Part shown: positions 26,082-40,651 of the stretch, one piece after another | How the letters are laid out: every line of letters starts with the position of its first letter | Numbering within the stretch: position 1 is the first letter of the stretch | NCBI GenBank assembly: GCA_021613535.1 | Contig: CP075497.1 | Location: 1,364,001-1,428,000 of the forward strand | Length of the DNA: 64,000 bases | Source: Adineta vaga | Taxonomy: Eukaryota; Animalia; Rotifera | Direction of reading: 5' to 3' | Notes under the pieces: model-generated | The model's database searches: none | The model's input: only the letters and a program-made list of their open reading frames with translations | What the model was told of the DNA's origin: nothing | Translations under genes and position numbers: made by a program

Positions 26082-27377
26082 TAATAGGTTGTCCGAAAAG
26101 TTCGTGCAACTCAAATACTTTTAAATCGTGAAAGGATGATAATAGTTTTTATTGAATGTAATGACCTCCACTAGCAACCACACGTTGCCAGCGGTCATGC
26201 AAATGCTCTATACCGTAACAAAAAAAGTTTGCATCAAGATCATTTAAATAGTCCTCGACAGTTCTTATTGCTTCATTGTCGGAGTTGAAATTTTTGCCCC
26301 GAAGAAATTTTTTCAAATGTGAGAATAGATGATAATCGCAGGGTGCAATATCCGGAGAATAAGGTGGGTGATTCAGTTCGATGAGGCCACATTGTCGAAT
26401 TGCAGCTTGAGCAATGTTGGACTTGTGAACAGGCGCGTTGTCATGAAGAAGCAGCACACCACGACGAACTTTGCCACGACGTTTTTCCTGTATAGCAGAA
26501 TGCAACCGCTCGATGATTGATGCATAATAGGGACCATTCATTGTAGCACCACGTGGTAGATAATCGGTCAGCAGAACACCATCCTTATCCCAAAATACGG
26601 TCACCATACGTTTTGCAGTTGATCGTTGTCGACGTTGTCGAGTTGGTGTTTCTTCACCTGATCTCTTCCAGATTTTGGCCTCCAACTGAGTGAGAGGATC
26701 ATAGTGGTATATCCAAGATTCATCACCGGTCACGATGCGGTCAAAAAATTTCGATGGATCTTCTTCACTTTGTTGAATAAGCTCTTCACAACAATCCACT
26801 CGATTTGCAAGTTGAAGTGGTGTAAGCAATTTTGGCACCCAACGTGTGCAAACTTTCTTCATCTCTAAATGATTCTTCATGATTTCATGGATGGTGGTTT
26901 TTGGAATGCCTAATTCATCAGCTACCCGACGAACAGAGATTTGTCGATCACGCATCACAACTCGTTCAACAGCTTTAATATTTTCATCAGTGGTCGTGGT
27001 TGATGGACGACCAGATCGAGGTGCATCGTCGAAGCCACGTTCTGGATCTTTAAATTCAGCTACCCATTTAGCGACAGTGCGGTACGATGGAGCAGAGTCG
27101 CCGTAAACATCGTCCAGCTCTTTGCTGATTTCAGTGGCATTTAGGCCTTTTCGGGTGAAAAACTTTATGACTGCTCGATATTCGATATTTGACATATTTG
27201 AAATATCACTATACAAAATGACTAGAAAAACGTTTTATTTCTAATTAAAGAAACGCGCCAATTAGATCAAAAACTGTATATTGTAATGATATTGCGCCCT
27301 CTATAGAATGACAGAAAGTAAATGCCTTACGGATGTACCGTGAAATGAGTTGCACGAACTTTTCGGACAACCTATTA
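26082..27377 (-). mobile_element. Full-length mariner transposon (1296 bp)
   Basis: Perfect 32-bp TIRs taataggttgtccgaaaagttcgtgcaactca, TA target duplication and an intact ORF. Confidence 0.97.
26149..27216 (-). CDS. Mariner transposase, DD34D
   Basis: Motifs WVPKLL, TGDESW, HDNAPVH and YSPDIAPCD; 34 residues between the second and third Asp. Confidence 0.97.
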   Translation of the reverse strand: MYSDISNMSNIEYRAVIKFFTRKGLNATEISKELDDVYGDSAPSYRTVAKWVAEFKDPERGFDDAPRSGRPSTTTTDENIKAVERVVMRDRQISVRRVADELGIPKTTIHEIMKNHLEMKKVCTRWVPKLLTPLQLANRVDCCEELIQQSEEDPSKFFDRIVTGDESWIYHYDPLTQLEAKIWKRSGEETPTRQRRQRSTAKRMVTVFWDKDGVLLTDYLPRGATMNGPYYASIIERLHSAIQEKRRGKVRRGVLLLHDNAPVHKSNIAQAAIRQCGLIELNHPPYSPDIAPCDYHLFSHLKKFLRGKNFNSDNEAIRTVEDYLNDLDANFFCYGIEHLHDRWQRVVASGGHYIQ

Positions 27378-28599
27378 TATTTAAATTAAAGTAAAAGAAA
27401 CGATGTTTCACAGAACAGTATGATATTAATAAAACTATCCATAGCATCGCTCTAGATAAAACTAAGTACAGTCTTTAGTTGTTTTCTTAAACGTTGATAG
27501 TTACTTTATTTAACGATGTTGACGATAATATAGTCAACAACTAGTTGCAACTGTAATTTTTACAACAGCCTCCTCATATTATATATTTATATTAATCAAA
27601 ATGGCTTACCTAATAGATTTTTTCTTACACTTGTCGTTTATAATACTTGCTATAGTTTCATATAATTTATTGTTAAAAAATAATTATAACATAGTTTCCA
27701 ACGTTATCAATATTCGGCTGATTGTATATCATTGATGGAATTGTCAACATTTTCAAACGATTCCTGCTATGTGATTCCATTGCTGGAAACACGATCTTGT
27801 TGTTGCTTTCTAAAATTATGTTTTTACATGTAAACTATGCTTAATGTATTAGAGGCTGAAAAAGGTTTTACTTAAGAAGTAAAGAAACAGCGCATGTTGC
27901 AGAAGCTTTATCATAAATCGTTTTTATCCAATCATTAGAAAATAGATTTCTATCATAATTTTTTAGTAACTAGTGAAGATCGTTCATTTGAATAGTTTTA
28001 TTTCTATTACAATAAACGCATATCATTTAGGATGTCTGTAAAAACGTAGTTGTCGTAAGGCTTTATTGCATTGACATTAGAATACGATTGATGCAAATAA
28101 GAATATTATTCTCTATGACAGATCATATGTATACAATAAAACTATGTATTTCCAAATTAGTGATATAATTCATAATAACTCGTATGAAGTGAATTTTTAC
28201 AGCCTGTTTAATTAAATTGTAGAACATTATGATTATATGTTATATAGATAAAATTCAAAAGTAATTCGTTCTACTGTAAAAATATTTATTCAAATATAAC
28301 GGAATAATTCATGAAAGAACTATGATATGGAAAGAATGGGTGAGTTACGAGAATTTAATGAGTCTGTTGACATCTAGAGAGATTTTGTAATGTATTATTC
28401 TACTTACATTCTAGTTTTATACTTTTATTAAATTTTCGATAGCTTATTATTTGTAATTGCAACTGTTTTGATGAATTCATATCTGATAAGCGTACATCTA
28501 TACTACAGGAGGGTGCTTTTTTATCTGCAAGGAAATTTTATTCTACGTTTTATAGATGAAAAATATCAATTTATACGAAACTGTTCCTATAATCAGATA

Positions 28600-28671
28600 C
28601 CCAAATGGACAAATCCGATATTAGATCCGATAGAATCCGGCATGGGATCCGATCGTATTGGTCGACATGGG
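28600..28671. mobile_element. Tiny degenerate MITE-like inverted-repeat element
   Basis: cccaaatggacaaatccgat vs revcomp of the right end cccatgtcgaccaatacgat; internal atccg repeats. Confidence 0.4.
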
Positions 28672-31555
28672 TTGCAATATCGGATAGTAATTCGTAACTT
28701 ACCAAGCCGCAGGTTTCAGAATACATTATTTCGATTAATTGATTAACAACAAATAATAACGATGAACAAAAGCGAAGTAATGCATCGATAGTTTTGAACA
28801 AATTTAACGATATTATCTACCTAAGTCATCTTTGACGTCTGTCATTTACAGTGTGCCCTAAGACGCTAATATTTTCCTGTAGTTAGAGTTAGTTTCCAGG
28901 TCATTGATATTGATATTTGACATGTAAAACAGATTTATATATTTCAACGTTCGAATGCATATTTATGGAGAATGGCAGCATTCTTTTGTCACTAATTTAG
29001 TAGATAACACTCAAAGTGTAAAGTTTTATGTATGATTAGAAAACATTTAATCAATCATTTATAAACAATTTTTATTTTTATTTTATTATAGTAATTGAAG
29101 TTAATTGTTGAGTGGTCGAATTTATATTTTGAATGATTCACAAGAATAGTCGGCTAATCATATTCGTGCCACATATTTAATTCCGAGTAAGACTTTTTCT
29201 TTTGATTGGTTGTTATCAATATAAAACAAAATATATTCCTCTTATTTCAGTAACTCCAGTTAATTGAGAGTAGTTGATTTTTAGGTATTAAATCATCAGA
29301 TTATGTTTTTTCTATGTATAATTTTGGAATAGGATTTACTTAATATACAGGTTTAAACTATGTGCGATAATCCTCTATATTTGAAAAGTGCATCACTGTG
29401 TTGGAACATCTTTTCATGACAAAATGAATAAAGTATGAAATTTCGGAAAACTCAATATCTTACATCGAGGAGGGACATAATGTGAGCCAGTTATGAATCA
29501 AGATGTCTTTTATTTCTATTTCCTGCTGTTAACAAAGGTAATAGCAGATTATTCACTCTGATATTTCAGTTCTATGATGAACAAAAGTTCTTTTGTGACA
29601 ACGAAACATGTCGTTTGCTATTGAAATTTATAGGTATTAGTGTGATCAAATTCATAAGGTAATTTTTATCCTCTGTAACATTTATTTGTACTATTTTTTG
29701 TTAGGATAGATCGTATGAATGAGAAATCAGAAATGTTTGCTAGGTAAATAAATCGATACTTATATTATTGTTTTTACATGCATGTGACGCACTTTTCTGT
29801 CTTATAATTAGATCTAGATAGTTTTCAAAATAGGTTTTGGCTACCGCTTTTAGTATGAAATATTGTAGTTCTTTGCTTGAAACATGTTATAAAAATGTAT
29901 CTCATCAAAACTATAAAATACCTTCTAATTTCTATCCGTGCTTCACGGAGCATAATCTCATTCGTAATAATTCGTCATTAGCTTTCATCTATTATCGACA
30001 ATTTTCTTCACACGATATTTGATAGAACGTAGAGTCTGTGCAATTAATGAGAAAAATCCTTATCATGATCATTCGCTACTCTGTAAAAAATAAGTAGAAA
30101 AGTTATTGTAAAATATTTATTTATTACAATCCTACAGATAGAGAATAGACATCACTTGTGTATTCTCTGCAAATAGGATTTGAGATAAATGGAACAATTT
30201 AGAAAAATTACTCCTTTTTCTTGCAGTATTTTAATCTACAGAAAATATTTGACTTTTTCGAAATTTATTAACAGAAATTCTTTTTATTTCATTATTGGCT
30301 ACAATGAGCATGACACTGCATAAGAAACGAAATGTTCAGGTAGATATTCCTCTGAATCACATTTGTTTTCAGTGAAAGATTTTACTTGTTCAATTAGATA
30401 CAGTCTATTTGGAAGAAAGCAATATAAAATAATACTTTTTCGTAGCTCATTGCTGGAATTTAAATACGAGATACTATACATAGTCATGAAATAATTATTG
30501 CTTTTACGCATAAAAAACATATCGATTAAACATTTTTATTGAAAAATAAGAATCTACTAATTTTTATAAGACTAAAACTCCATCAACAATGCGAATAGTT
30601 TCTTTTTCTCTCTCTACTTTTTGTTTTTTATAAAAGATATTTTCCTAAGAACATTCGAAATATACTCGCAAATTTATAGTACTTATTAAAAATAAACACA
30701 AACAAAATATCATTGTAAAATCCTCAACCTAAATGATATTTTATGTCTTGCAATGATTATAATACTGCATATAATAATGAAGCAAAACTGATTATTAGAC
30801 TAAAGTATCTGCACTGTCAATAGTCGAGAGTAGTGCTGACAGTATATACTTTGTGCAACAGAATTAAGAATATTATTATATTATTTTTCATGACAGTATG
30901 AAAGAAAGTTTTCTTTTTTTGCATATTTATATTTATAAAGTAATTTGATGAACATAATGTAACTTGAGGTATAATATTTTGTACTCTGTCAGTGTACGTA
31001 TATTTCTCTTATTGCAACAAAGCTCACTCTTAGATACATCAGAAAAATATATAGTTGTATTAATAACTAGTAACGCTCATCGAGACAGACTAGCTTAACC
31101 CTCGGCTGGATGACTAACAGTTAACGTTTTCTCTTGCTGAAGTTATTCATAATAATTTGAATTCGACTATTATGTACTCGTCATAGTCCTTTTTTAGCTT
31201 ATAATCTTAAAAGTCATGTCTTAGGTATTTTAAAAAAATTCTAATTCATATTACGCTTGAGAACATTTGTTCCAGAACTTCCGTAATCAACTGTGTAACA
31301 AAAATTTATTTATTGCAGTACAATCGAATATATATAACAGACGTCGAACGACAGAAATTAGTTCGTTTTTATAAAAGTATGGCTTTAATCATATATGTTT
31401 GTGGACTAGTTAAGGACGCTAGGATGCTGCTTCTATAGAGCAAGTGTAGAAATTGGCCAAAAAGATAAATTTGTTTCGAAATTACAAACAGTTATTGGTT
31501 TGTAATTTTCCCTAACCCCTCCCAAACGATATTTTATGAAGTTTTGAGCATTTTC

Positions 31556-33849
31556 AAAAAAATGTTTTTTGACCTTTGACCTTTAACCCTGACACAAACA
31601 TACAAACTATTTTTTTTCATATGACCCTCCTTTCAGTCGAGGGAATATTCCTCTCATGATGAGATGGGTCTATCGCGAAAAAGTGTAATAATTTGAGTGG
31701 CCTTCGTATTTTTATTCTCCAGCAATTCATGACACAATCGTCTTCACACAAAATCGTATTCTTCAAATTCTCTCATATTTCTGAAGTGGTGTAAGTATTG
31801 TTTGGAGAAACATTATTTAACAGGTTTGAAATGTATATTTATTGATATAATCATTAGTTTATCTATGTCAACGATGAACTGTTAGTGGTGGAAACCTACG
31901 TATGTGAATTATGACTCGTGCGACTCAGAGAATTGAGTAGCATCGTGTCTTTCATTTAATTTAGTATGTATCATAGTGATTAATATAATATAACTAACAG
32001 AATGCTTTTATACTTTCAATATAGAAAGGAGTGAAATTTTACGAAAAATACGACTTGTGAAAAATAATGAAATTGATCAGCTAAAATATTACATTCTTAA
32101 AATATTCTCGGTATAGAACGAATCTGAAATCAAGTTAGTATTTGTATAGTTGATACGTATGTATTTTAAATAATGCTCTTAAGAGAGACTTGTTCAACCC
32201 TCAACTGATTTTAATATCATTTTATATCTATCAAAATCTATGTGATGTTGTTCGTTTTGTATTCGGTTGTCGGCGTCCCTTCGATGCGCCACTCCCGACT
32301 GCTCAATTGATGGAACCACATGTGTAATAGCATACAGTTGTACACGCCCTTCACTTTAACTACGGGTTGACTATTTAATGACACGTAATATGTAAATAAC
32401 AGCTTATCGTATCCCAATAATTCGTGTTGAGAAAGGGTCAGTCCACATTAATTTACAACATTATTCAAGCGCACTCAAATGTTTTCGCCTGAGACGGTAA
32501 ATATGACGAATAGAAAAATCGAAGACGAAACCACGTAACTAGATCGTACTGAATGGTAAAGCAATATTTTCTCACCCTATTCTCGATTTCTATTCTTTAC
32601 GATCGTTCTGTAGAAAATATGTCTTGAACCTTAGATTCTGACACAAACATACACGCATACATATAAATTATGGCGAGGGAACATAACACAATAACAGAAT
32701 AGAAAAAAATGTACACAGAGCAATCACAACGAATATAGAGCACAGGTATGAGTTAAACGAATTATACAATTGAACAATTTTTCCATGCAGATTAAAAAAG
32801 CTACTATTATCTCGAAAAGATAAATTTATGTTCTTGTTGCTTCACCATAGTTATTCTATGCTTCGTAAAAGGAAAAAATAGGTGAATAATATGCAGAATG
32901 CTTCTTTCTATAATACTCAAAGTACCATTTGATATAAATTTTCTCATAATAAAATAATTTGACTTCGAGTTTAGTTCCGATATTTGTAAGCTCATAGAAT
33001 GATCACTATTTTACTATACTACCACCGTCATATATAGTGCCGTTTTGGTTAGAGGTTTTATAGTATGGTTTGGCTACAGTTGCGCAAGACGATTTACTGG
33101 ATTACTTAAGATAACTCATACAGCTCTTCTAATAGATAGGCACTAAACTGGCCAATTTTAATGTATCTCAGCTATGCTTGATCAATTTTATCAATCTTCA
33201 CTTCTGCTTGGTCAGAAAACATTGATGACACAAATGGGAGATTATTTCTAATGCGATGCGATTAGCATACAGCATTTATGTAGTTTCTCGAAGTATTCAC
33301 CTAAATTTCTCACTTTTTGATACGATGATCTCAAGAACCACAGATGACAAAAAATTGATTGTAAAACCAATTTTGACTTTGAAACTTTTTAGATAATTAA
33401 GATCAAGTTGTCAAGAAGCAATGTTAGGCGCGAGTTTTGTTCACCAAATGTTTTACAGCCGAAAAAACACATGATCATACATATGAAAAGTCATTTCTTT
33501 CTAACAATCTATGTTGTTCATCTCAACAACATTCGAAATCTGATTGTTGCATTCCATTCTGTAGTCGAGTGAAACTCGAATACCATCTAGTTATGTTGTG
33601 CGGCATCAAGTTTTGACTCAACAGCGTACCCTCACCCTTGCTCTATACTTAGTTTTCAAGTTTTGCGATAGTTTTAAAAAGTATGTCTTTTCCCTTTGAT
33701 CTTCTATCTTTGATCCTGCTTTTGGTTTCTGTTCTTTACGATCGTTTTGTAGAAAATGTTTTTTTAACCTTTAACTTTTGACCCCTCACCATACCATCAT
33801 TCCACTCTCAGTAAGAGATATGACTCTCCTTTCAGTCGAAAGAATATTC
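31556..33849 (+). repeat. Three diverged copies of a dispersed repeat (31556-31650, 32585-32652, 33724-33849)
   Basis: Shared blocks aaaatgtttttt.acctt, ctgacacaaacatac, atatgac.ctcctttcagtcga..gaatattc and ttctttacgatcgtt.tgtagaaaat. Confidence 0.7.
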
Positions 33850-35210
33850 TTTGTAATTCAGATGTTTTATACCATCTATTCTTACAATAGATTGTATGAA
33901 ATATATTTTCTCAATAAAAGTAACCGCTGTGTATGTTATAAGATTGTTTTTGGTATATGAATTCGTGTGGCAATTCTTTCTTCTAAGCATATCTCTCTAG
34001 TATTTTCTTTATAAGATGTGTTTCTGCAGTGTCAATGCATTTGTATGTTGACCTGTTTTATCACGTTTTCTAACAGTCCGAGAAGAATTTGCCCTGAAGA
34101 ATTTTATTAAAGTATCAAATAATGGTTCAGCCGCTTTAATTATTGAAGGAACATTTCTTTACAACAACGGCCACCATTCTTATTACAAGCAAAAAAATAC
34201 TCTGTCTTTTTACATGAATTATTCTACTGTAATTCAATTTTAATAACTAACCCGTTAAAATGTCGACTTTTCTTTTACTTCTACATTATTAAGATGAATA
34301 TATTAGAATGCTATGTTCCATTAAAATTGCAAGGAGTGCACAATAAGTATCGCTATATTTAACACATGAAAAAGTAGTTTCTATTCTGAAATAGTTTTGA
34401 TACGACTTTATTTGAAAAAATACTTTTTCTTATGGAATGTTCTTTTCGCATTTTGCACCACATTTCTCACTCTAACAGCACTCATTTCTATAAGCAGTTG
34501 TAGGTAAATTCATATTTCTATCTCTAAGACTACTTTGTTTTTTGACTATTTGTTACGTCGAATTTTATCTCGCTACATAAGTATCAAAAAAATCTTTATA
34601 GCATATGTGGAAGAAGTATTAAAATCGAAATCAAATTTTAGTGTTTTATATTCTTTTCGAATGCATATCATTGGGGAAAACTAGTTGAAGATATATCAGA
34701 AGCTTTTGTTTCATACGTTTCTATAACTTTTTTTCTTCATGATATGCTCATTATTTATCACGCAACGTTCGTAAGTTTCTTTACTGTCTATTTTTAGCAT
34801 AAGATGTTTTTCGCTACTTTCATAAGTACTAATAGTACTACTCATTTGTTTTTCAGTCGCAAATTTATGCTCATCTATATTCGATAATTATGAATAATGT
34901 ATCATTTATCTCTTTGGTAAAATCTAAATAGAATCAATTCTTATTCTTTTCTCGATTATTTAATCTTTATAGTATTTAAAAAATTCCCATAATCTTTCTC
35001 GGTCCATACTTGAATCATTCCTCATACAGAAAATAAGTATTTTGAAAAATTAAAATAATATATTTTCTAGACACACTTCAAATGAGAGTATAATACGGAT
35101 GTTAGTGTCACACCACGTCATACGTGGTCATCCATTATCTGCACTCACATGTATTCTATAACACTATACAAAGATTTGTGCGGATACAGAGTATGAGTTA
35201 ATTCGCGGCT

Positions 35211-35247
35211 GGACGCATATATACGTCTCCGGTCCGCAAGAGGTTAA
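35211..35247. mobile_element. Orphan piggyBac-like terminus
   Basis: ggacgcatatatacgtctccggtccgcaagagg|ttaa: TTAA-flanked end with a subterminal near-palindrome; no partner end found. Confidence 0.4.
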
Positions 35248-36600
35248 ATAAGAAAAATATAGTTAAGAAAGTGATTTACAAAAATATTACGGGACAATAT
35301 TATTTTTACGTATACCATATTGTCAAGTATACGAAGTGAAAAGTTTTCTTTGAATTTTGTATCGACTGATTGAAACTGTCAACTTTAATTCTATATATAG
35401 TGTGAAGAAATATTTATAAATAGTTCCTCAAACTGTTTCTTACTTATAACAAAATTTCATTGTATACTTCGTTTAAACGACAGAAATGGATAAACGAAAT
35501 GTTTATTCTAAAAAGACCTCTTGCAATAGTCTTGACATAAAATATACGATTTGTAATTCTTCAGTTTGATCCGCATCGTGAGATTTTTTTAGATGCACAT
35601 ACGGTACTAACACATTTTCTATTCTGGATTTTATTCAGAATGTCATTGTTAAGTTCACAAAATCAACAATATAACAGACAAAACCTCCTTCACTTGAAAT
35701 GATGAAGTGAAAGATCGTATCCATATTCCAGTATATATGATAATTCAACAGGCACGAATGCTTCAGATAATTATATCCAAACAATGCGTATCTATGCTGT
35801 GAGTCATGATTTTTATAAAACTAAGATTCATTCAGTTTAGACAATTAGTTTCGTGTGTGCTATCACGTAGTTTAATTTTTCGAGAGAATGTCTTCGATTT
35901 ATAGTAAAATGTAATTATTTTCTTTCGACAAAATATTCAGTTGTAGTTGTAAGAGTTTTCACATCGAACCTAAGTATGTGCCGTTAATTTTGTCTTACTT
36001 ATAAAGACTTCAGCAAATGTGTTTTTAGAAAAACATAACAATACGTCATATGTACTGCTGACAATAAAGACGTGTTGGCACCGTAAGATATACATATTTG
36101 TAAGCAGAGAGCTCTGTTTTATGCTAATTTTGTTATATAATCTTAATTATTGAAAGAAGATGAAAATATCATAGGTTTTCAGTTTCAGATACTATTGAAA
36201 CATAATTCGAATTAGAACTTAAGATAAGATAGGACTAGTTTGTTTTTCAAAAAAAAAGTCTTTTATGGGAAATACGAATCCCTCAAGAGAATATCTAAGG
36301 CTTACTTCTTCTTAATAGACAGAAGTGAATGTTAAAAAATAGTTTTCTAATATATATATATATATGCAAATAGACGCACTGGGATTAAAATTTTGAAACT
36401 GTTTATAGATTTTCTTTTATGCATGGAGATAACTAATTGGTTCCTTCTATAAGGTGGATTCATTTCGTAATACTTTTTTATTATTAAAATAAATGCAATA
36501 GAAAAAGGAAAGTTTGATGCTTCTTTCAAAATCATTTATAATCACTGGTAACGGTACTGCACAAAAAATGACATGCTTCTTCCTGTATTTTCTAGAAAAA

Positions 36601-36873
36601 ATGTTGTTTCAAATCGTCCTATTAAGTCTGTTATTAGTGTCTCAAGCATCAATGATTTCAGCAATTATGCTTCAATGCCGATGCTGTCAATACAGTGGTT
36701 TGCTACAATCTAACGCTCGAAAATCGTGTTCATGTGTTGGCGAGAATGCAGGATCACCTTTTCAATACGATGGTTCAGCAATTCGCCCTTACGCCAGAGT
36801 GTGTCGCTTAAAATATCGTCCATTCTATAACCCTCATAAACCAAATCTATGTTGCCAAATATTCTTGGTCTAA
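36601..36873 (+). CDS. Small secreted 8-Cys peptide
   Basis: Signal MLFQIVLLSLLLVSQASMISA, then a basic mature part with CxCC..CxC..C..CC; ATG follows acceptor ttttctag. Confidence 0.65.
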   Translation: MLFQIVLLSLLLVSQASMISAIMLQCRCCQYSGLLQSNARKSCSCVGENAGSPFQYDGSAIRPYARVCRLKYRPFYNPHKPNLCCQIFLV

Positions 36874-37329
36874 TTTCTTTTCTGCTTTTTTCTGCTTGAT
36901 TATGACGCAAAAAATAAAATAAAATCCATGAAAACATTAGTTTCAATAGTTACATTACCTATAAAAAGTTTTAATCTGAAAAATTGAAAAATGATGAGCT
37001 CTTTGATAAAAATTAGCAGGTACACGTTACTTTTGTTTATACTAAATTCTGTTTATATCGTGATTGACTAGATAGAATTACAATCTTTTCCAAAGCTACA
37101 TAACTAGAATGCAGTCGTGAACTAATATAAAGATTTCTATATTGGCAATATATTTCTATTTAGACTCAACGACTATCATAAGTGTATTAAAAAATCGTAT
37201 TCGCTGCTTTTAATATAACTGTTTTGTCTATTGCAACATGGCTTCTTCAACTTGTAATAGGATGTCTTTTGATTTCAGCAATTATTATTTCTTTACCTTT
37301 TTAAATAGTAGACCAACAAAAAATTCATA

Positions 37330-37400
37330 TGCCACGGGCAGGAATCGAACCAGCGTTATCCGGACCACAACCGGGTGTACTACCATTATACTACCGCGGC
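37330..37400 (-). tRNA. tRNA-His (GUG)
   Basis: Acceptor stem gccgcgg/ccgtggc; anticodon arm ccgg-ttGTGgt-ccgg; T-loop ggttcgattcc. Confidence 0.95.
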
Positions 37401-37782
37401 GAGAATGAACTCAGTAAAACTTTTAGTTGTTTTTTAATTAGCAGTACTACGGGAAAAAAAGAAAGTTATTCTTTGTCTTCTACTACAGCTCTATCTATTA
37501 TTGAGATTGCTATAGAAAATATATCTTTTATACTTGTAATATATTTATTTTTGAATAAACTATGATAGGAAAAGAAAAAAAGACGAGTAAGTTATCTATG
37601 AATGCATACAAACATAAACGCAAAAGAAAATGAGAGATAAGCAGATAATGGAATGTGAACATTGGTTTGGTTTAAAAATTGTTTTAATAGTGAAAGAAAT
37701 ACTCGAATTTTACATTCACTAGATATCACTGTTCAGTAAATGAAAATCGAGATGAGATTCAAATATTCGAATGTATGATTGT

Positions 37783-40172
37783 TTAATCCATCTTAATATT
37801 AACATAAATATATCGAATAAAACGAAGAGAAGAGAAAAAGCCAATTGTACCAAGCATTAAAAAGAATACATAACAAGCGATTGATGTATAACCAAAGAAT
37901 TGCAACGTTTGCAATGTACCACGCATCTTGGAACGATTAAAATAAAAGAATACTGCGTATATAAACACGAATAAGCCGGTCGATCTAAATTAATGCGACA
38001 AGAAATAAATATGTGCTTGACAAATATACATGCAGAAAAACATACCCAGACGTGAGAATTGATTGCCACCACCATCTGTAATCTTCGGCAGCTAATTGAA
38101 AGTAAGTTAAAGCTATCGATATACATGCAGTAACAGATAGAAGAATAATAAAAACAATTGCTAATATGCCATATAACATGTAATGTTCACGACCCCAAAA
38201 TGTTGAAAATATATAATAAAGTTCAACACTAATCGCTGAAAATGGCAAGAAACCACCAATCAACATACGTGCAAAGCTGGAACGATACCAAGGTACTTGA
38301 GGAATTTCACGTGCAATGTTTTTTGTTCGACATGGTGAATCAAAATTGCCTGCCCAATTTTTACCAAAAATGCCACCCAAAACTGTCAACGGAAATCCAA
38401 CTAAAGGAAAAACATAATGTTACATATATATCAAATATTAAATAGAAAGGAGAAAAAAAACAATTATTTACCAAAAAGCCACATAAAAGCAAGAATAAGT
38501 ACAGTTGTATATGGTAATGCCTGTGTTGTTCCATATGCCCATGCGAATGAATTTATTATACACCAAATGATGAAAAATGGTACTGTAAAAAGATTTGCTG
38601 TTAAAATAATATTCCATGTCCAACGTTCACCTTGTAATTGACGATACATTCTTCCACTCATATATCCAGCTACACACGAAGTAAATGCATATAATATAAC
38701 ACCTGAAGCTATTAATGAACCATGACGATGTACAGTAAACATGCCACATACAGCAAATATTAGAATGCCAGTAAAAATCGATAGAAATTGACTACCAACG
38801 CCAAGTATTGAACAAAATAATTCACGATTAACTGGAAAACGAAATACATCTGTGTGAATTATTTTCCATCCATTTTCTTCTTCTGGTGAACCATCATCAT
38901 CTTCATCAGTTATTCGATTCAGATCATGTTTCAATATACGAGACTAAAAAATGAATGCATTCTTTATTTGATAAATGAATTCGTTTTTTTCAAATATCAT
39001 TATTACTATCAATAAACTGACAGAAAACAATGTAGTGAAAGAATGTGTTTTTTCGAGAATCAGCTATTCTTGTACTTACGAGAATAATAACGACGAAACC
39101 AATAAGAAGAAAGACAAGTACCATAGAATTAATTACAGATAACCAATGAACCTTTCAAATAAAACATTTTAATATAAAACAAAAATCAAAATCCAGGTAA
39201 AAACGAACCTCGAGTGTTTCGGGAAAGAAACCTGTATTAGCAATGTATTTTGCACGATCTTTATACGATGTTCTATACATTTAAAAGAAACTATACAAAA
39301 ATATAGAAAAAAAATGCAGATATTTACTCTGTTTCGTGCCATTTCGCTGAATAAGTATATTCAAGTTTAAGCGATGTTGCTGACTCATCATCTAATGATG
39401 TTGGTGGATGTTCTTTGGTGCTGATATTAACATAAATAATCTAAATATCAGAAAAAGTTCTTTTATCGTAAGAAGATCTATTCTTGTTCTCTTCATCGAC
39501 GTTCTAACCTGATTGTTGTTAACATGAAAATCAAAATGATGATGTGTATAAGCATAAATATGATGCTTATGTGGAAATAAATTTGTTTCTTCTACTTGTC
39601 CAACAAAACCTCGAATCGGAATATCATCAACAACAAATTCAAAATAATAAAATTCTTCGATTGCTAATCGTAATGCATTTAATTCTTCACTATTCAATGT
39701 TAATGAACATAATTGTTTATTAGTTATATCCTCTGAAAAGAAAAATCGATTAAGAAGAACCATCTCTTTTCAATTATTAGATATGCAAACCATTAAATTG
39801 AATTTCATATAAAGAATGAGCCATCCGATCTCCAGAAAGTACTTCACCCAATGTTAATTCTTTTGATACAATCTATTATTGCAATATAAATATTTTATTA
39901 ACTAGAATAAAATGAAATTTTTTCTCTATTCTTTTTTACTTTTAATGGACGGCAAACCGGAAGTGAATAGTAATGATATGTTTCTTGAGGATTAGAATAC
40001 GGACCAACTTTATTCACATACACAACAACCTTTAAGATAACAACAAAATATAAATATTTGTAAAAGTAAATGAGTCTTTTACATTATCTTTTGCGGTATA
40101 TTTCTTCTCATCGGCATTAACAATTACCAATAAACAAAGAAATAAGAAATGTTTAAAGAAAAACGACATCAT
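37783..40172 (-). CDS. TM9SF1: Transmembrane 9 superfamily member 1
   Basis: [50 protein letters not shown]; C-terminus YVNIKMD. Confidence 0.95.
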
Positions 40173-40651
40173 CTAAAATAGATAGATGAAACTACTATTC
40201 GTTTGATGTTCAAGAATAAAAATATTAGAAATAACACATTTTCTTTGATAAAAATCTAATGAATACAGAAATATATCAACCTGTTTACATGCTCAACAGA
40301 CTGCATCGTTTTAGTCAACAACACATACTCATTCAATGTTATGTTCGTTTACTACTTTCATCATGATTACGACCTCCTGTATTAATTGGCAACATTAGTA
40401 ACCACTCAGAAGACAAGAAAAGATTATCATAAAAATTTTACATGTGAATACATATATTTATATACTTTCGAAGATGGCGCTAATTATCAATTCTTTTATT
40501 CAAAAAGAAAATTCTATAAAAAAAAGTAGAAAGTCTTTCAAAATCATCTTTTCTGTAATATATGAATTAATTTCATATGAAAAAAACAGATTCATTATAT
40601 AAAATACGTTTTTATGGCGCATATTTACTTTAATTAAATGTAAATTCAAGT

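Noticed and set aside
28695-28706. aacttaccaag resembles part of the bdelloid spliced leader as I recall it
   Set aside because: Only ~11 nt match, with no GT donor directly after and no SL RNA structure.
37329-37565. ORF MPRAGIEPA...
   Set aside because: It is the antisense reading of tRNA-His.
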